NCBI GenBank assembly: GCA_035458505.1 | Contig: DATHZS010000073.1 | Span: 31,165 to 95,164, forward strand | From: Anaerolineales bacterium | GTDB lineage: Bacteria; Chloroflexota; Anaerolineae; Anaerolineales; UBA11579 | Length of the DNA stretch: 64,000 bases | Reading direction: 5' to 3' | Shown: piece after piece, positions 19,315 through 29,496 of the stretch | Layout: every line of letters begins with the position of its first letter | Position numbering within the stretch: the stretch's first letter is position 1 | Made by a program: the position numbers and the translations under genes | Notes under the pieces: model-generated | What the model saw: only the letters and a program-made list of their open reading frames with translations | What the model was told of the DNA's origin: nothing | Databases searched by the model: none

Positions 19315-19725
19315 CTAGCCATACCCAAATGGCGAATCAGAGACAATGAATTCGATCCCCTCGATTGTCAGCGAAACACCAATATACCTATCAGCCAAAA
19401 GATCCAATTCCAGAGATGAACTGATATCTCTGGTCAGGACATTTACGGTAAGTGTAATTTTCCCTGCATCCAGCACGGTTTCGACCGAGGTGGCAATTCC
19501 AATCAGCAAAGCCGTCGTGACATTCTCTATTTCACTGACAAACCCTCCGGCCTTGATCTCTACGGTGTCCCCCTTAAAGCCATCCTGGAGATCGATCATC
19601 AGGTAATGGGTGGTGGTCTTCTCCTCCAGATCATCGGGGGGATCCGGCTGATCTGGATAAAAATCGTTTTCGCTGCTTGCGCAGCCGAGAGACCCAAATA
19701 AGAGTAACAATATATTCAGCATCAT
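19315..19725 (-). CDS. Small lipoprotein, hypothetical
   Basis: Signal and lipobox MMLNILLLLFGSLGCASS. It lies 108 nt upstream of the metzincin-like gene on the same strand. Confidence 0.5.
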   Translation of the reverse strand: MMLNILLLLFGSLGCASSENDFYPDQPDPPDDLEEKTTTHYLMIDLQDGFKGDTVEIKAGGFVSEIENVTTALLIGIATSVETVLDAGKITLTVNVLTRDISSSLELDLLADRYIGVSLTIEGIEFIVSDSPFGYG

Positions 19726-19992
19726 GACAAACCTTTTGGAAAATCTAATTGAAAAAACTCTTACAATTCAACAACTCGTGTTTACCTCTGCGATATGCCG
19801 ATCAATTCACAGTCGCTGACCTTCGTACCATTACTGTACCTTTTTTTATCTGCTAAATCAAGTCCAAATATTCATAATTAATGGAAGCTGTTTGCAAACG
19901 AATTATTTTTGGGTTAGGAGAATATCGCACGATAAAAAGGGGGTTTTCAGGCTATACTTTAATTGGTATTCGTAGATAGATTCGAGGGCGAG

Positions 19993-22650
19993 ATGGATCA
20001 TCCTCTGCTGCTGTTAAAATTCAATACCCCTCAGTTGAAGCCCAATCTGGTTCAAAGGCCGCGATTATACAACTTGCTGAGTGAAGGACTGGAAAAGAAG
20101 CTGACCATCCTTTCATCGCCAGCAGGATTCGGCAAATCCACCTTGCTGGGCGATTGGCTGAGAAGGATTCCCTACCCACATGCCTGGCTATCACTGGATG
20201 AGGATGACAATGATTATGCGCGCTTTCTGAAATACTTTATCGCGGCCTTACAACAGCTGGATCCGACGATTGATAATACCGTCTTAGATCTGCTCTATTC
20301 GCCACAACCGATGCTTCAATCAGCCGCACTTACCGCACTCATCAACCAAATCGATACAATCGAAACCAATGCCATTTTGGTTCTGGATGATTATCACTTA
20401 TTAAACAATCATAAAATCCATCAATCGATCGAATATCTGCTCAATTATCTTCCGCGAAATTTACACCTCGTGGTCAGCACGCGTGCCGACCCTCCTTTCG
20501 CCTATTCTCTGCTGCGCGCACAGGGAGAGTTGGTTGAGATCCGGATGAACGACCTTAAGTTTACGGATGCGGAAGCAAAAGATTTTATTCGCAAAGAAAT
20601 CGACGAGCAGATATCTGACCAGGCCATTTCCGAATTAACCAAAAGAACAGAAGGCTGGATATCTGGCCTTCAAATGGCTTCCTTATCATTGCGGGGAAAA
20701 GAAAATGCAGAGAGTTTTGTCCGGTCTTTTTCGGGCAGTCACAAATATATCCTCGATTACTTATTTGAAGAGGTGCTTCAGCAACAACCAGAAGACATCC
20801 AGAACTTCCTGTTATACACCTCCATTCTGGAGAGGTTAAGTGGGCCATTATGTGACGAAATCCTGGGCGGGAAAGACAGCCAGGCTGTTTTAGAAGAGCT
20901 GGAAAGAGGCAATTTATTCCTTGTTCCGCTGGATGATGAACGGGGCTGGTACCGTTACCACCAACTTTTCAGGGACCTATTGAATCACCATCTCTCCCTG
21001 AAGCATGTCGAAAAAATTCCTGGCCTTTACCGAAAAGCAAGTCACTGGCACGAGCAAACAGGATGGCTCACCCTGTCCATCGATTATTCCATCGCAGCCG
21101 GAGATTTCAATAGAGCTGTGGACCTGATTGTCAGAGAAGCCGAGAACACACTCATTCGCAGCGAGGTGAACACTTATCAAAAGTGGGTGTCCAAATTACC
21201 GGATGACCTTTTGAAAGCCAATCCAGAAATAGAATTCTTCACTCTCTGGGCTCAGATATTGAGAGGTGCGGATCTTGAGGTAAATCTGCTGGAATTTGAG
21301 CACTTTGATCAAAGCGCAGGCCTAACCGGACGGAGGTTTGCCCTGCAGGCTTTTATCCAGGTATCGAAGGGAAAATTTAGCCTGGCAGGAGAGTATGCCG
21401 GGAAAGCCCTAAAAGAGCTGGACCAGGACGATGATTATTTCCGCGGCATGGCTACCTGGATTATGGGGGTATACCATGCGCTTCAGCAAGATGTTCAGGG
21501 GGCATTGTCCATGCTGGAAAAGCTGTCCAGTTCTCTTGATCTTGAGTACTACCCAATGTTGAATGTGTTGCTACTCAGCCAGATCGCGCATGTCCATGCC
21601 CGATTGGGAAACTTTAGCCAAGCAGAGACGATCTATGAGCAAGCGCTCAATTCCGCAAAGGATCGACAAGGAAACCTGATCCCAATTGCAGGTGAGGCTT
21701 TGATGGGGTATGGCGATCTTCTGCGGGAGCAAAACAGACTGGATCAGGCAACGGACATGATCCTGGATGGTATTGAGCTTACCTACCAATGGCGTAAAGT
21801 GGCCGCGATTGAGGGGTATCTCTTCCTGGCAAGAGTAAAACAACTGCAGAATAATTTTTACTCGGCAAATGCTGCGCTGGAAAAAGCCATGAAACTCGCC
21901 ATTGAATATGATGCGATTGAAATTGATGATCGCATGGTGGCGATGTGGCAGGCGCGTTTGTGGTGCTTCGAAGGAAAGACCCACCTGGTCGAGCGCTGGA
22001 TACAACAATCATCTCTCTCAGACACAGTAGAATCGTTCATCGTTGGCGGCATTTTCAATCTTGAAAACTATCTTCAGGCAAGAGAAAACATGGTGCTTGC
22101 AAGGTACAAACTGCTCACCCAACGACATGAGCAAGCCCTCTCCCTGACAGATCGACTGCTGGCCGTTTTTGAAGAATACGGCAGGCTGGACCTTCTAATT
22201 GAGCTGTATTTGCTCCGATGCCTTATTTTTCACAGAACCCAACAAACAGAAAAATCTTTATCGGCCCTTGGGAAAGCGATTGACCTATCAGAAAGCGGCG
22301 GTTTTATAGGGGTGTTCCTTGAGGGTGGACCTGAACTGCAGGAAATCATCCGGTTTTACTGCCAAAGTGTGCCTGCTCCTTTGTATGCTCAACGATTGCT
22401 CGAAGCATTCCAAGAAAAAACGATGGTCCAGGAAGTAAAACCTCAGCCCCTGCTTGAGCCGCTCAGCGACCGGGAATTGGACGTACTGAAATATTTGCCC
22501 AGCAACTTAACCACACCGGAGATTGCTGATGAAATGATGATCAGCATCAATACAGTGCGGACACACATTAAAAATATTTATCAGAAGTTTGGCGTGCATA
22601 AACGATCCCAGGCGGTGATAAGGGCGAAAGATTTGAACTTGATCACCTGA
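19993..22650 (+). CDS. LuxR family transcriptional regulator, MalT-like (STAND ATPase + TPR-like region + C-terminal HTH)
   Basis: Walker A at LSSPAGFGKSTLL and Walker B at ILVLDDYH, then a long helical repeat region. C-terminal LuxR HTH: LSDRELDVLKYLPSNLTTPEIADEMMISINTVRTHIKNIYQKFGV. The start is set at ATG 19993. Confidence 0.8.
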   Translation: MDHPLLLLKFNTPQLKPNLVQRPRLYNLLSEGLEKKLTILSSPAGFGKSTLLGDWLRRIPYPHAWLSLDEDDNDYARFLKYFIAALQQLDPTIDNTVLDLLYSPQPMLQSAALTALINQIDTIETNAILVLDDYHLLNNHKIHQSIEYLLNYLPRNLHLVVSTRADPPFAYSLLRAQGELVEIRMNDLKFTDAEAKDFIRKEIDEQISDQAISELTKRTEGWISGLQMASLSLRGKENAESFVRSFSGSHKYILDYLFEEVLQQQPEDIQNFLLYTSILERLSGPLCDEILGGKDSQAVLEELERGNLFLVPLDDERGWYRYHQLFRDLLNHHLSLKHVEKIPGLYRKASHWHEQTGWLTLSIDYSIAAGDFNRAVDLIVREAENTLIRSEVNTYQKWVSKLPDDLLKANPEIEFFTLWAQILRGADLEVNLLEFEHFDQSAGLTGRRFALQAFIQVSKGKFSLAGEYAGKALKELDQDDDYFRGMATWIMGVYHALQQDVQGALSMLEKLSSSLDLEYYPMLNVLLLSQIAHVHARLGNFSQAETIYEQALNSAKDRQGNLIPIAGEALMGYGDLLREQNRLDQATDMILDGIELTYQWRKVAAIEGYLFLARVKQLQNNFYSANAALEKAMKLAIEYDAIEIDDRMVAMWQARLWCFEGKTHLVERWIQQSSLSDTVESFIVGGIFNLENYLQARENMVLARYKLLTQRHEQALSLTDRLLAVFEEYGRLDLLIELYLLRCLIFHRTQQTEKSLSALGKAIDLSESGGFIGVFLEGGPELQEIIRFYCQSVPAPLYAQRLLEAFQEKTMVQEVKPQPLLEPLSDRELDVLKYLPSNLTTPEIADEMMISINTVRTHIKNIYQKFGVHKRSQAVIRAKDLNLIT

Positions 22651-22716
22651 TCCGATTTTCTCACTCTTTCTCCAGGTAGGTGAGGGAGTTTTTGCTAAAA
22701 AATTCACCCAAATTGG

Positions 22717-23034
22717 GTGATGACCAACCACCCAGATGCTTCTTATACTGATGGCATGAACAGTGATGAAACCAAACAGCCTAAGACATTGGGTGAGCCT
22801 ATTCACTACCAAATCAGCCTGCGGGGTGAAATTGATCAAACACGGATTGACTGGTTTGCCAAGCTGGGTCTTGATGCATCTCCAGCTCATGCCGCCGAAG
22901 GTCTCGTCACTATTCTCACCGGCAAGATCATCGACCAGTCTCACCTGAGAGGGATTTTGAATAAACTTTGGGACTTAAATTTTGAAGTAATCCGGGTGAG
23001 CTGTGTAGATGAAAGAAATGAAATTGGAGAATAA
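22717..23034 (+). CDS. Small hypothetical protein
   Basis: 105-aa ORF between the LuxR regulator and the PEP-utilising enzyme, with a conserved-looking core (PIHYQISLRGEIDQTRIDWFAKLGL...LTGKIIDQSHLRGILNKLWDLNFEVIRV). No clear RBS, and the start is uncertain. Confidence 0.35.
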   Translation: MMTNHPDASYTDGMNSDETKQPKTLGEPIHYQISLRGEIDQTRIDWFAKLGLDASPAHAAEGLVTILTGKIIDQSHLRGILNKLWDLNFEVIRVSCVDERNEIGE

Positions 23035-23038
23035 AAAG

Positions 23039-25402
23039 ATGAGAGGATTAATTTACACTTTTGATGAGCTTGGCGAAGAAGTACAAAGCAAAGCCGGGGG
23101 CAAAGGTGGTACGCTGTCCAGATTATTCCAGTCAGGTTACCCTGTACCGGAAGGTTTCGTGATTATGCCATCCGCGTTTGAAGGAGACCAACTAAGACCG
23201 AATGCCTGGCACGAGATCGAAGATCAGCTCTCTGTGATACGCAAAAAGAATGGCAAAACAGCCTTCGCAGTGCGGTCTTCTGCCATCGCAGAAGATTCAG
23301 CCTATGCTTCCTTCGCGGGCGAGTTTGAAACTGTCCTGGATGTGCACTCAAACGAGGCAATTCGGGCCGCGATTATGCAGGTGCATGTCTCGCGCAAGTC
23401 TGAACGCGTGCAAGCCTACAGTAAAGCAAAGGGCATCGACGGACTGCAAGAGATCGCCATCGTTGTGCAAAAATTGGTGCGCGCGGATATTTCTGGCATC
23501 CTGTTCACTGCCGACCCAGTTACCGGGAATCATGCAATCATGACCGGGAACTATATTTTTGGCTTTGGTGAAGAGCTTGTTTCAGGAGAAGCAGAACCAT
23601 ACACGTTTCGCTTTCAAAGCCCAAAAGGCGACTATGATGGACCGGCTGAGTTAAAGCCATATGCCAAAAAATTGTATAAACTTGCCCGTAAACTGGTCAA
23701 AGACCTGGGTTGCCCTCAGGATATAGAATGGGCCATTGCGAATGGGCGCCTGTACCTCCTGCAATCGAGACCGATCACAACCCTGTTGGGCTATGATCCG
23801 CAAAAAGGCGAGTGGAATTCAAGCCTTACCGGAGATTTCGCCTGGGTGAGCAGTGAAGTATTTCCCGAAACCCTGACCCCTGCGTCCTGGTCGATCTGGA
23901 AGAATTTCCAGAATATGGGCAATCTTTTTGGGGCAGAACCCGTTGGGAATATCTGCGGCCACTTCTACATGAACATGTCTTTAGCTGGGGCGATGATCTG
24001 GATGGTTGGGCAAAGCCAGGAGTACTGGCAAGATTATGTCAAACTCGCTACCGGGTTTGAGATCAGCAATATTGTGGTACCGCGCGTGCCAGCAACCCGC
24101 TTTCAGCTATTTAGAAGCATCCTGCCAATGATGGTCACCCTGCTTCCAAAACAGATCAAGCTGATGAGGGTGCATGAGCAGGTATTGGCGGAGAATCCGG
24201 CCTGGTGCAAGGAAATGCGCAAAAAAATTCAGCAGGTACAGGACAAAGAGGAACTATCCGCATTGTGGCCAGAGGTTCTGTGGCCGAAATATTGGGATTT
24301 GCTGCAACTGCAGGATAAATCCAATGAGGATTATTTTTACCCGTATATTGCCGCCCGGAAGAAACTGATTGAACTGATTGGGCTGGAAGGAGCTGAGAAC
24401 CTGCTCTCCAACCTGGTCGGCGAGACAGGGGAACTGGCCAGTGTGGGACAATTGATCGGTTTGCAAAAGCTGTATGAAGGTGAGATCAGCCGGGATCAAT
24501 ATGAAGAGATTGCCGGACACAGGCCAAACTCAGAAAATGAGGTCTCTGTCCCACGGCTGTATGAAACCCCAGGGTGGATCGACAAGCGGCTGGAAGAATA
24601 TGCCAGGAATCCGATCGATTATCTGCAGCTACAAGAAAACAAACGCAAGACATACTTCCGGGTGTGGGGAGAATTTTCAAACCGCTTTCCAAAAGAATCA
24701 GGCAAGATAAAAGCCAAGCTGGATAAAACGATTGCGGCAATGGAAAAACGTGAAAAGATCCGCACCGAACTGACACGCTCCGTAGGGGTCTTCCGGGCCT
24801 GGTTTTTACGTGCCGGAGAGCTAACCGGTTTGGCAAAAGACATCTTTTATTTGCAGAATGAAGAAGTCCAGTGGTTGTTGAAGGGAGCAACGAAGTGGGT
24901 TGACGTGGTGACCCCGCGAAAAGAGGCCCACCAACGCCACCTGGAATTACCGATACTGCCAATGATGATCAGCGGCCGGTTCGACCCATACACCTGGGCA
25001 AAGGATCCAAACAGATTTTCAGACTACTATGATGCACATGTACCGAGAGAGAAAGCACCAGAAACCGATCTGATCACTGGCCATCCCGGTTCTGCCGGAC
25101 AGGTCGAAGGATTGGTGAGGATCATTCACAGCCCAGCAGATTCTGACCAGCTGAAAAATGGGGAAATTTTGGTCGCGGCAAGCACAAATGTGGGATGGAC
25201 GCCGCTCTTCCCGCGGGCTGCAGCAGTGGTCACGGACGTGGGTGCCCCACTGTCTCACGCGGCGATCGTGGCGCGCGAGTTGGGAATCCCGGCAGTTGTT
25301 GGAACAGGTAACTGCACAGCAGCCCTTTCAACCGGAGACCGGGTGCGCGTGGATGGGAGCCATGGAACAGTAGAATTGCTGGAAAAGGCTTCTCTCAACT
25401 GA
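23039..25402 (+). CDS. PEP/pyruvate-binding and PEP-utilising (swivel His) domain protein, PpsA/rifampicin-phosphotransferase-like architecture
   Basis: N-terminal ATP-grasp-like region (GGKGGTLSRLFQSGYPVPEGFVI ... DIEWAIANGRLYLLQSRPIT). C-terminal mobile domain (GSAGQVEGLVRII...GEILVAASTNVGWTPLF..AAAVVTDVGAPLSHAAIVARELGIPAVVG). ATG 23039 follows GGAG and avoids overlap with the upstream ORF. Confidence 0.7.
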   Translation: MRGLIYTFDELGEEVQSKAGGKGGTLSRLFQSGYPVPEGFVIMPSAFEGDQLRPNAWHEIEDQLSVIRKKNGKTAFAVRSSAIAEDSAYASFAGEFETVLDVHSNEAIRAAIMQVHVSRKSERVQAYSKAKGIDGLQEIAIVVQKLVRADISGILFTADPVTGNHAIMTGNYIFGFGEELVSGEAEPYTFRFQSPKGDYDGPAELKPYAKKLYKLARKLVKDLGCPQDIEWAIANGRLYLLQSRPITTLLGYDPQKGEWNSSLTGDFAWVSSEVFPETLTPASWSIWKNFQNMGNLFGAEPVGNICGHFYMNMSLAGAMIWMVGQSQEYWQDYVKLATGFEISNIVVPRVPATRFQLFRSILPMMVTLLPKQIKLMRVHEQVLAENPAWCKEMRKKIQQVQDKEELSALWPEVLWPKYWDLLQLQDKSNEDYFYPYIAARKKLIELIGLEGAENLLSNLVGETGELASVGQLIGLQKLYEGEISRDQYEEIAGHRPNSENEVSVPRLYETPGWIDKRLEEYARNPIDYLQLQENKRKTYFRVWGEFSNRFPKESGKIKAKLDKTIAAMEKREKIRTELTRSVGVFRAWFLRAGELTGLAKDIFYLQNEEVQWLLKGATKWVDVVTPRKEAHQRHLELPILPMMISGRFDPYTWAKDPNRFSDYYDAHVPREKAPETDLITGHPGSAGQVEGLVRIIHSPADSDQLKNGEILVAASTNVGWTPLFPRAAAVVTDVGAPLSHAAIVARELGIPAVVGTGNCTAALSTGDRVRVDGSHGTVELLEKASLN

Positions 25403-25409
25403 TGGGTTA

Positions 25410-25441
25410 CAAGCAAGGAACAGCCAGCTGTTCCTTGCTTG
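25410..25441 (+). other. Perfect 14-bp stem hairpin between the PEP-utilising enzyme and MFS genes
   Basis: CAAGCAAGGAACAG-CCAG-CTGTTCCTTGCTTG with no U-tract. It lies 8 nt after the stop and 17 nt before the next start. Confidence 0.4.
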
Positions 25442-25457
25442 ATTCTGGATCCTGAAA

Positions 25458-26666
25458 ATGAAAAACAATAAAGCGTTTCTTATTCTTTCGCTGGCACTGG
25501 TTGTGGTGATGCTTGGATTTGGGATGGTAATTCCGATCTTCCCGTTCTATGTGGAAAGATTGGGTGCGGGAGGGACGGAATTGGGGCTCCTGGTGGCGAC
25601 CTCTGCACTGCTGGAATTTCTGCTTGGCCCAATGTGGGGCAGCATCTCGGACCGGTTTGGGCGAAAGCCGGTTTTGATCGTAGGCTTGTTTGGGTATGCC
25701 ATCTCGGCGTTCCTCTTTGGTCTCTCGACGCAGTTGTGGATGCTGTTTGCCGCCCGGGCCCTTTCCGGAATATTGTCTTCAGCCACGATCACCGCTGCCA
25801 TGGCGTATGTGGGAGATATTACCTCCGAGGAAGACCGTGGAGAAGGGATGGGAAAGATTGGTGCCGCCATGGCACTCGGTTTAATGGTCGGGCCGGGGGT
25901 AGGCGGATGGCTGGGTAAAGAGGCGCTCTCCACACCCTTCTTTATTGCATCGGGAATGTCGGTGCTGGCGATGCTGCTGGTAGTGTTCTTGCTTTCCGAA
26001 TCGATCGCTGAGGTAACAGCCCAGCCAAAAACCAGGTTTCGGCTTCCTCAATTCAAATCTCTTTGGGATGCTCTACGCGGGCCGGTCGGGTACCTGCTGC
26101 TCCTGGTGACTTTATTCAGCTTTGCCCTGACCAATTTCGAAGCGATCTTTGGGTTGTATGCGCTGGAAAAATTTGGGTTTGGTTCAGATCAGGTGGGGAT
26201 GATTCTGATGGTGGTTGCTGTCGTCTCGACCGTGGGAAAAGCGCTCCTCACCGGGCCGGTGACCCGTAAATGGGGAGAAAGCGCGACGATAAAAGTTTCA
26301 CTGATTGCCGGTTCGTTGGGATATCTGGTTTTGCTGGCTGCCTGGGATTTCTATTCGATTCTCGCGGCAACTGCTTTGTTCATTCTCTCAAAAACTTTAC
26401 TACGCCCGGCAACTTTTGCACTTATCTCCAAACGGTCTGCCGGGAGCCAGGGGACAGCCATGGGCCTGAGCAATTCTTTTATGAGCCTGGGGAGAATTTT
26501 GGGGCCAATCTGGGCTGGGTTTGTCTTCGACCTGCATGTGAACTTGCCTTATCTGAGCGGATCGGTGTTCATGCTGGCCGGATTCATCGTCAGCCTGATG
26601 ATCCTCAAGCCTGCCAAACCTCAGCTGGATGGCGGCGGGATGATCAGGCATAAAAAGACTGGGTAG
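25458..26666 (+). CDS. MFS transporter (DHA1/tetracycline-efflux-like)
   Basis: 12-TM layout with MFS motif A: GPMWGSISDRFGRKPVLIVG. Confidence 0.75.
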   Translation: MKNNKAFLILSLALVVVMLGFGMVIPIFPFYVERLGAGGTELGLLVATSALLEFLLGPMWGSISDRFGRKPVLIVGLFGYAISAFLFGLSTQLWMLFAARALSGILSSATITAAMAYVGDITSEEDRGEGMGKIGAAMALGLMVGPGVGGWLGKEALSTPFFIASGMSVLAMLLVVFLLSESIAEVTAQPKTRFRLPQFKSLWDALRGPVGYLLLLVTLFSFALTNFEAIFGLYALEKFGFGSDQVGMILMVVAVVSTVGKALLTGPVTRKWGESATIKVSLIAGSLGYLVLLAAWDFYSILAATALFILSKTLLRPATFALISKRSAGSQGTAMGLSNSFMSLGRILGPIWAGFVFDLHVNLPYLSGSVFMLAGFIVSLMILKPAKPQLDGGGMIRHKKTG

Positions 26667-26901
26667 GGGGAGATCCTGAAGCGGGAGAATTTTCCATGAC
26701 CATCACCGGATGGGTCTGCTATCCCAAACATCAGGATCATTGAATCTGTGACTGATCTGCTGACCATTATTTATTTCCAAATCTTATTTTGGCTACAATC
26801 CTCCCGCCCCCGTTCTACCGCTCCTGAACCACATCCTGGAAAGCAATTTCAGGTATACTTGGAATAGCTTTGTACACGCAGTCACAGGTGAAAGGAGAGC
26901 C

Positions 26902-28350
26902 TTGAAACGTTCTTTGTTATCGCCCATCGCCGTCAATGCCAATATCCTGGAAATGGAATATGCCGTCCGCGGACCGATTCCGATGCGGGCTGCCCAGCTT
27001 GAACAGCAGGGTAAAAAAATCATCCCCTGCCACATCGGCAACCCCCAGGCCTTGGGGCAGTCGCCGCTGGCCTACAACCGCCAGGTCCTCGCCCTGGTAG
27101 AAGACCCCTCCAAAATCACACGGGAACGGGCGCTGAAAAACCTCTTTGAGGAAACGCCGGGCAGCAGCCTCCGGGATGATGATTTCGTCCCTGACGAAGT
27201 GCTGGCGGTCAGTGAGACCATCCTCGGTGGCATGAAAGCCGGGACCACCGGCGCGTATACCGAAAGCAAGGGCGAGCGCTTCATCCGTGAGGCGATTGCT
27301 GCTTTCATTGACAAAAGAGACCAGGTTAGTGAGGCAGGCGGGATGCCCTCCGACCCGGAGAAAATCTTTCTTACCAATGGCGCCAGCCAGGGCGTCAAGT
27401 TTGTCATCGACCTGCTCATCGCCAAAAGCAGTGACGGGATCATGGTGCCCATTCCGCAGTACCCGCTCTATTCTGCCACAATCAAAAAAGCAGGCGGCGT
27501 GCAGGTCAACTACTATCCTGATGAGGACAGCGGATGGACCTTCGACCAGGCCCTGCTTGAAGAGTCACTAGAGAATGCACGCCGCGCCGGCATCACCGTC
27601 AAAGGCATCGTGGTCATCAATCCCGGCAACCCGACCGGGGCCGTACTGAGCGAGCAGAGCATCCGCACGGTGATCAACTTCGCCCGCGAGCACCAGCTTG
27701 CCATCCTGGCCGATGAGGTGTACCAGGAAAACATCTACAAGGGCAAGTTCGTTTCCTTCGCCAGAGCATTGGGAGATGATCCCTCCGTAGCCCTGTTCAG
27801 CTTCCACAGCATCTCCAAAGGTTTCTTCGGGGAGTGCGGCCACCGGGGCGGCTACCTCGAAGTGCGCAACCCGCCCAAGGTGCGGGGCAGTCAGCTGGAT
27901 TTTGTCGACCTGCTGACCAAACAGGCCTCGGTCAGCCTGTGCGCCAATACCGCCGGGCAGATTCTGACCTATCTGATGGTCACGCCCCCCCCGGCAGGCA
28001 GCCGGCCTTACCAGCAGTACATCACCGAAAAGAATAAGGTCCTCAGCGATCTAAAGGCTAAAGCAGCCCTGATCAGGGACGCTTTCACCCAAATGGATGG
28101 CGTGGAATGCTTTGGCGAGACCGGGGCAATGTATCTCTTCCCGCGCCTCAATAAGCTCCCACCCGGCACCACGGACTATGATTACTGCCTGACGCTGTTG
28201 GAGAGCACAGGGCTGGTGACGGTCAACGGTACCGGCTTCGGCCAAAAAGAAGGTACCAGCCACCTGCGAATCGCCTTCCTCCCCTCACAGGAACTGCTCG
28301 CCCAGGTCCTGCCCGAGTGGATCAAGTTCCATAACGAATACGTCGGGTGA
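26902..28350 (+). CDS. Alanine aminotransferase-type class I/II PLP aminotransferase
   Basis: Contains LEMEYAVRGPI, NPGNPTG and the ALT-type lysine region HSISKGFFGECGHRGGY. It uses a TTG start preceded by AAAGGAG. Confidence 0.7.
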   Translation: MKRSLLSPIAVNANILEMEYAVRGPIPMRAAQLEQQGKKIIPCHIGNPQALGQSPLAYNRQVLALVEDPSKITRERALKNLFEETPGSSLRDDDFVPDEVLAVSETILGGMKAGTTGAYTESKGERFIREAIAAFIDKRDQVSEAGGMPSDPEKIFLTNGASQGVKFVIDLLIAKSSDGIMVPIPQYPLYSATIKKAGGVQVNYYPDEDSGWTFDQALLEESLENARRAGITVKGIVVINPGNPTGAVLSEQSIRTVINFAREHQLAILADEVYQENIYKGKFVSFARALGDDPSVALFSFHSISKGFFGECGHRGGYLEVRNPPKVRGSQLDFVDLLTKQASVSLCANTAGQILTYLMVTPPPAGSRPYQQYITEKNKVLSDLKAKAALIRDAFTQMDGVECFGETGAMYLFPRLNKLPPGTTDYDYCLTLLESTGLVTVNGTGFGQKEGTSHLRIAFLPSQELLAQVLPEWIKFHNEYVG

Positions 28351-29474
28351 TGGATTTGGATAAGGAACAGGGATTACATTCCACCTGGGCGGAGGTTGAC
28401 TTAGGCGCAATCAGGGCCAACGTCCGCTATTTCCTGGAGCACACTGGCACCCAGATGATGGCGATTGTCAAAGCAAACGCTTATGGGCATGGCGCGGTCC
28501 CGGTGGCGCAGGCTGCCCTGGAGGCCGGGGCAACCTGGTGCGGGGTTGCCCGCGTCAATGAAGCGCTGGAACTGCGCCAGGCTGGCATAGGCTGCCCGAT
28601 CCTGATCCTAGGCTACACCCCGCAAAACCGCTTAGGGGAGATGATTGCCGAAGGCGTTTCGATGACTGCCTGGGATTTTAACCAAATTCAAGCCATTTCA
28701 GCCGCGGCAGCCAAGGTCAACCAGACTGCCCGGCTTCACCTCAAAGTGGATACCGGGATGAGTCGCCTTGGCATCCCACCTGCTGACGCGCCCGGCTTTC
28801 TCGACGCTGCCGCCCAACTCCCCTATATCCGGATCGAAGGGGTCTTCACCCATTTTGCCCGCGCCGACGAGGAAGACCACTCACCCACCGACCAGCAGGA
28901 AGCACTGTTTCAGGATGTATTGGACACACTGAACGCTTCGGGCATCCAGGTCCCGCTGATCCATGCAGCCAATTCCGCCGCCAGCCTGACGCGCCCGTCT
29001 GTTCATTTCAACTGTGTGCGGGTCGGGATTGCGATGTACGGCCTGCACCCCTCCGCGGATTGCCCACTACCCTCCAGCTTTCACCCTGCTCTGCGCTGGA
29101 AGAGTGTCCTCGCGCAGGTGAAGACGATGCCGCCAGGCCGGGGCATCAGCTATGGACATACATACACCACCACACACAGCGAGCGTATCGGCACGGTTCC
29201 GGTTGGCTATGCTGACGGATTCCGGCGCACAGCAGGCAACCAGGTGCTGGTGAGGGGACAGCTGATCCCGGTAGTTGGCCGGGTGACCATGGACCAGATC
29301 ATGGTCCAGCTCGACAGCGTACCCGATGCCCATGAAGGGGACGAGGTGATCGTGATCGGGGAGCAGGATGGAAACCGCATTACTGCCGAGCAGGTTGCCG
29401 CCCGTTGGAACACGATTAACTACGAGGTCACCAGCGGAATTGCCCACCGCGTGCCGCGCGTCTATTCCCGGTAA
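28347..29474 (+). CDS. alr: Alanine racemase
   Basis: PLP-lysine motif MAIVKANAYGHG and the C-terminal beta-domain motif GYADGFRR...V.G.LIPVVGRVTMDQIMV. The start overlaps the upstream stop (GTGATGG). Confidence 0.85.
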   Translation: MMDLDKEQGLHSTWAEVDLGAIRANVRYFLEHTGTQMMAIVKANAYGHGAVPVAQAALEAGATWCGVARVNEALELRQAGIGCPILILGYTPQNRLGEMIAEGVSMTAWDFNQIQAISAAAAKVNQTARLHLKVDTGMSRLGIPPADAPGFLDAAAQLPYIRIEGVFTHFARADEEDHSPTDQQEALFQDVLDTLNASGIQVPLIHAANSAASLTRPSVHFNCVRVGIAMYGLHPSADCPLPSSFHPALRWKSVLAQVKTMPPGRGISYGHTYTTTHSERIGTVPVGYADGFRRTAGNQVLVRGQLIPVVGRVTMDQIMVQLDSVPDAHEGDEVIVIGEQDGNRITAEQVAARWNTINYEVTSGIAHRVPRVYSR

Positions 29475-29496
29475 ACTTATTCAATCGTTAAACTGA

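Noticed and set aside
19993-22650. STAND NTPase as an Avs-like antiphage defence protein
   Set aside because: It ends in a canonical LuxR-type HTH and has no nuclease, protease or other effector domain. The architecture matches MalT-type transcriptional activators.
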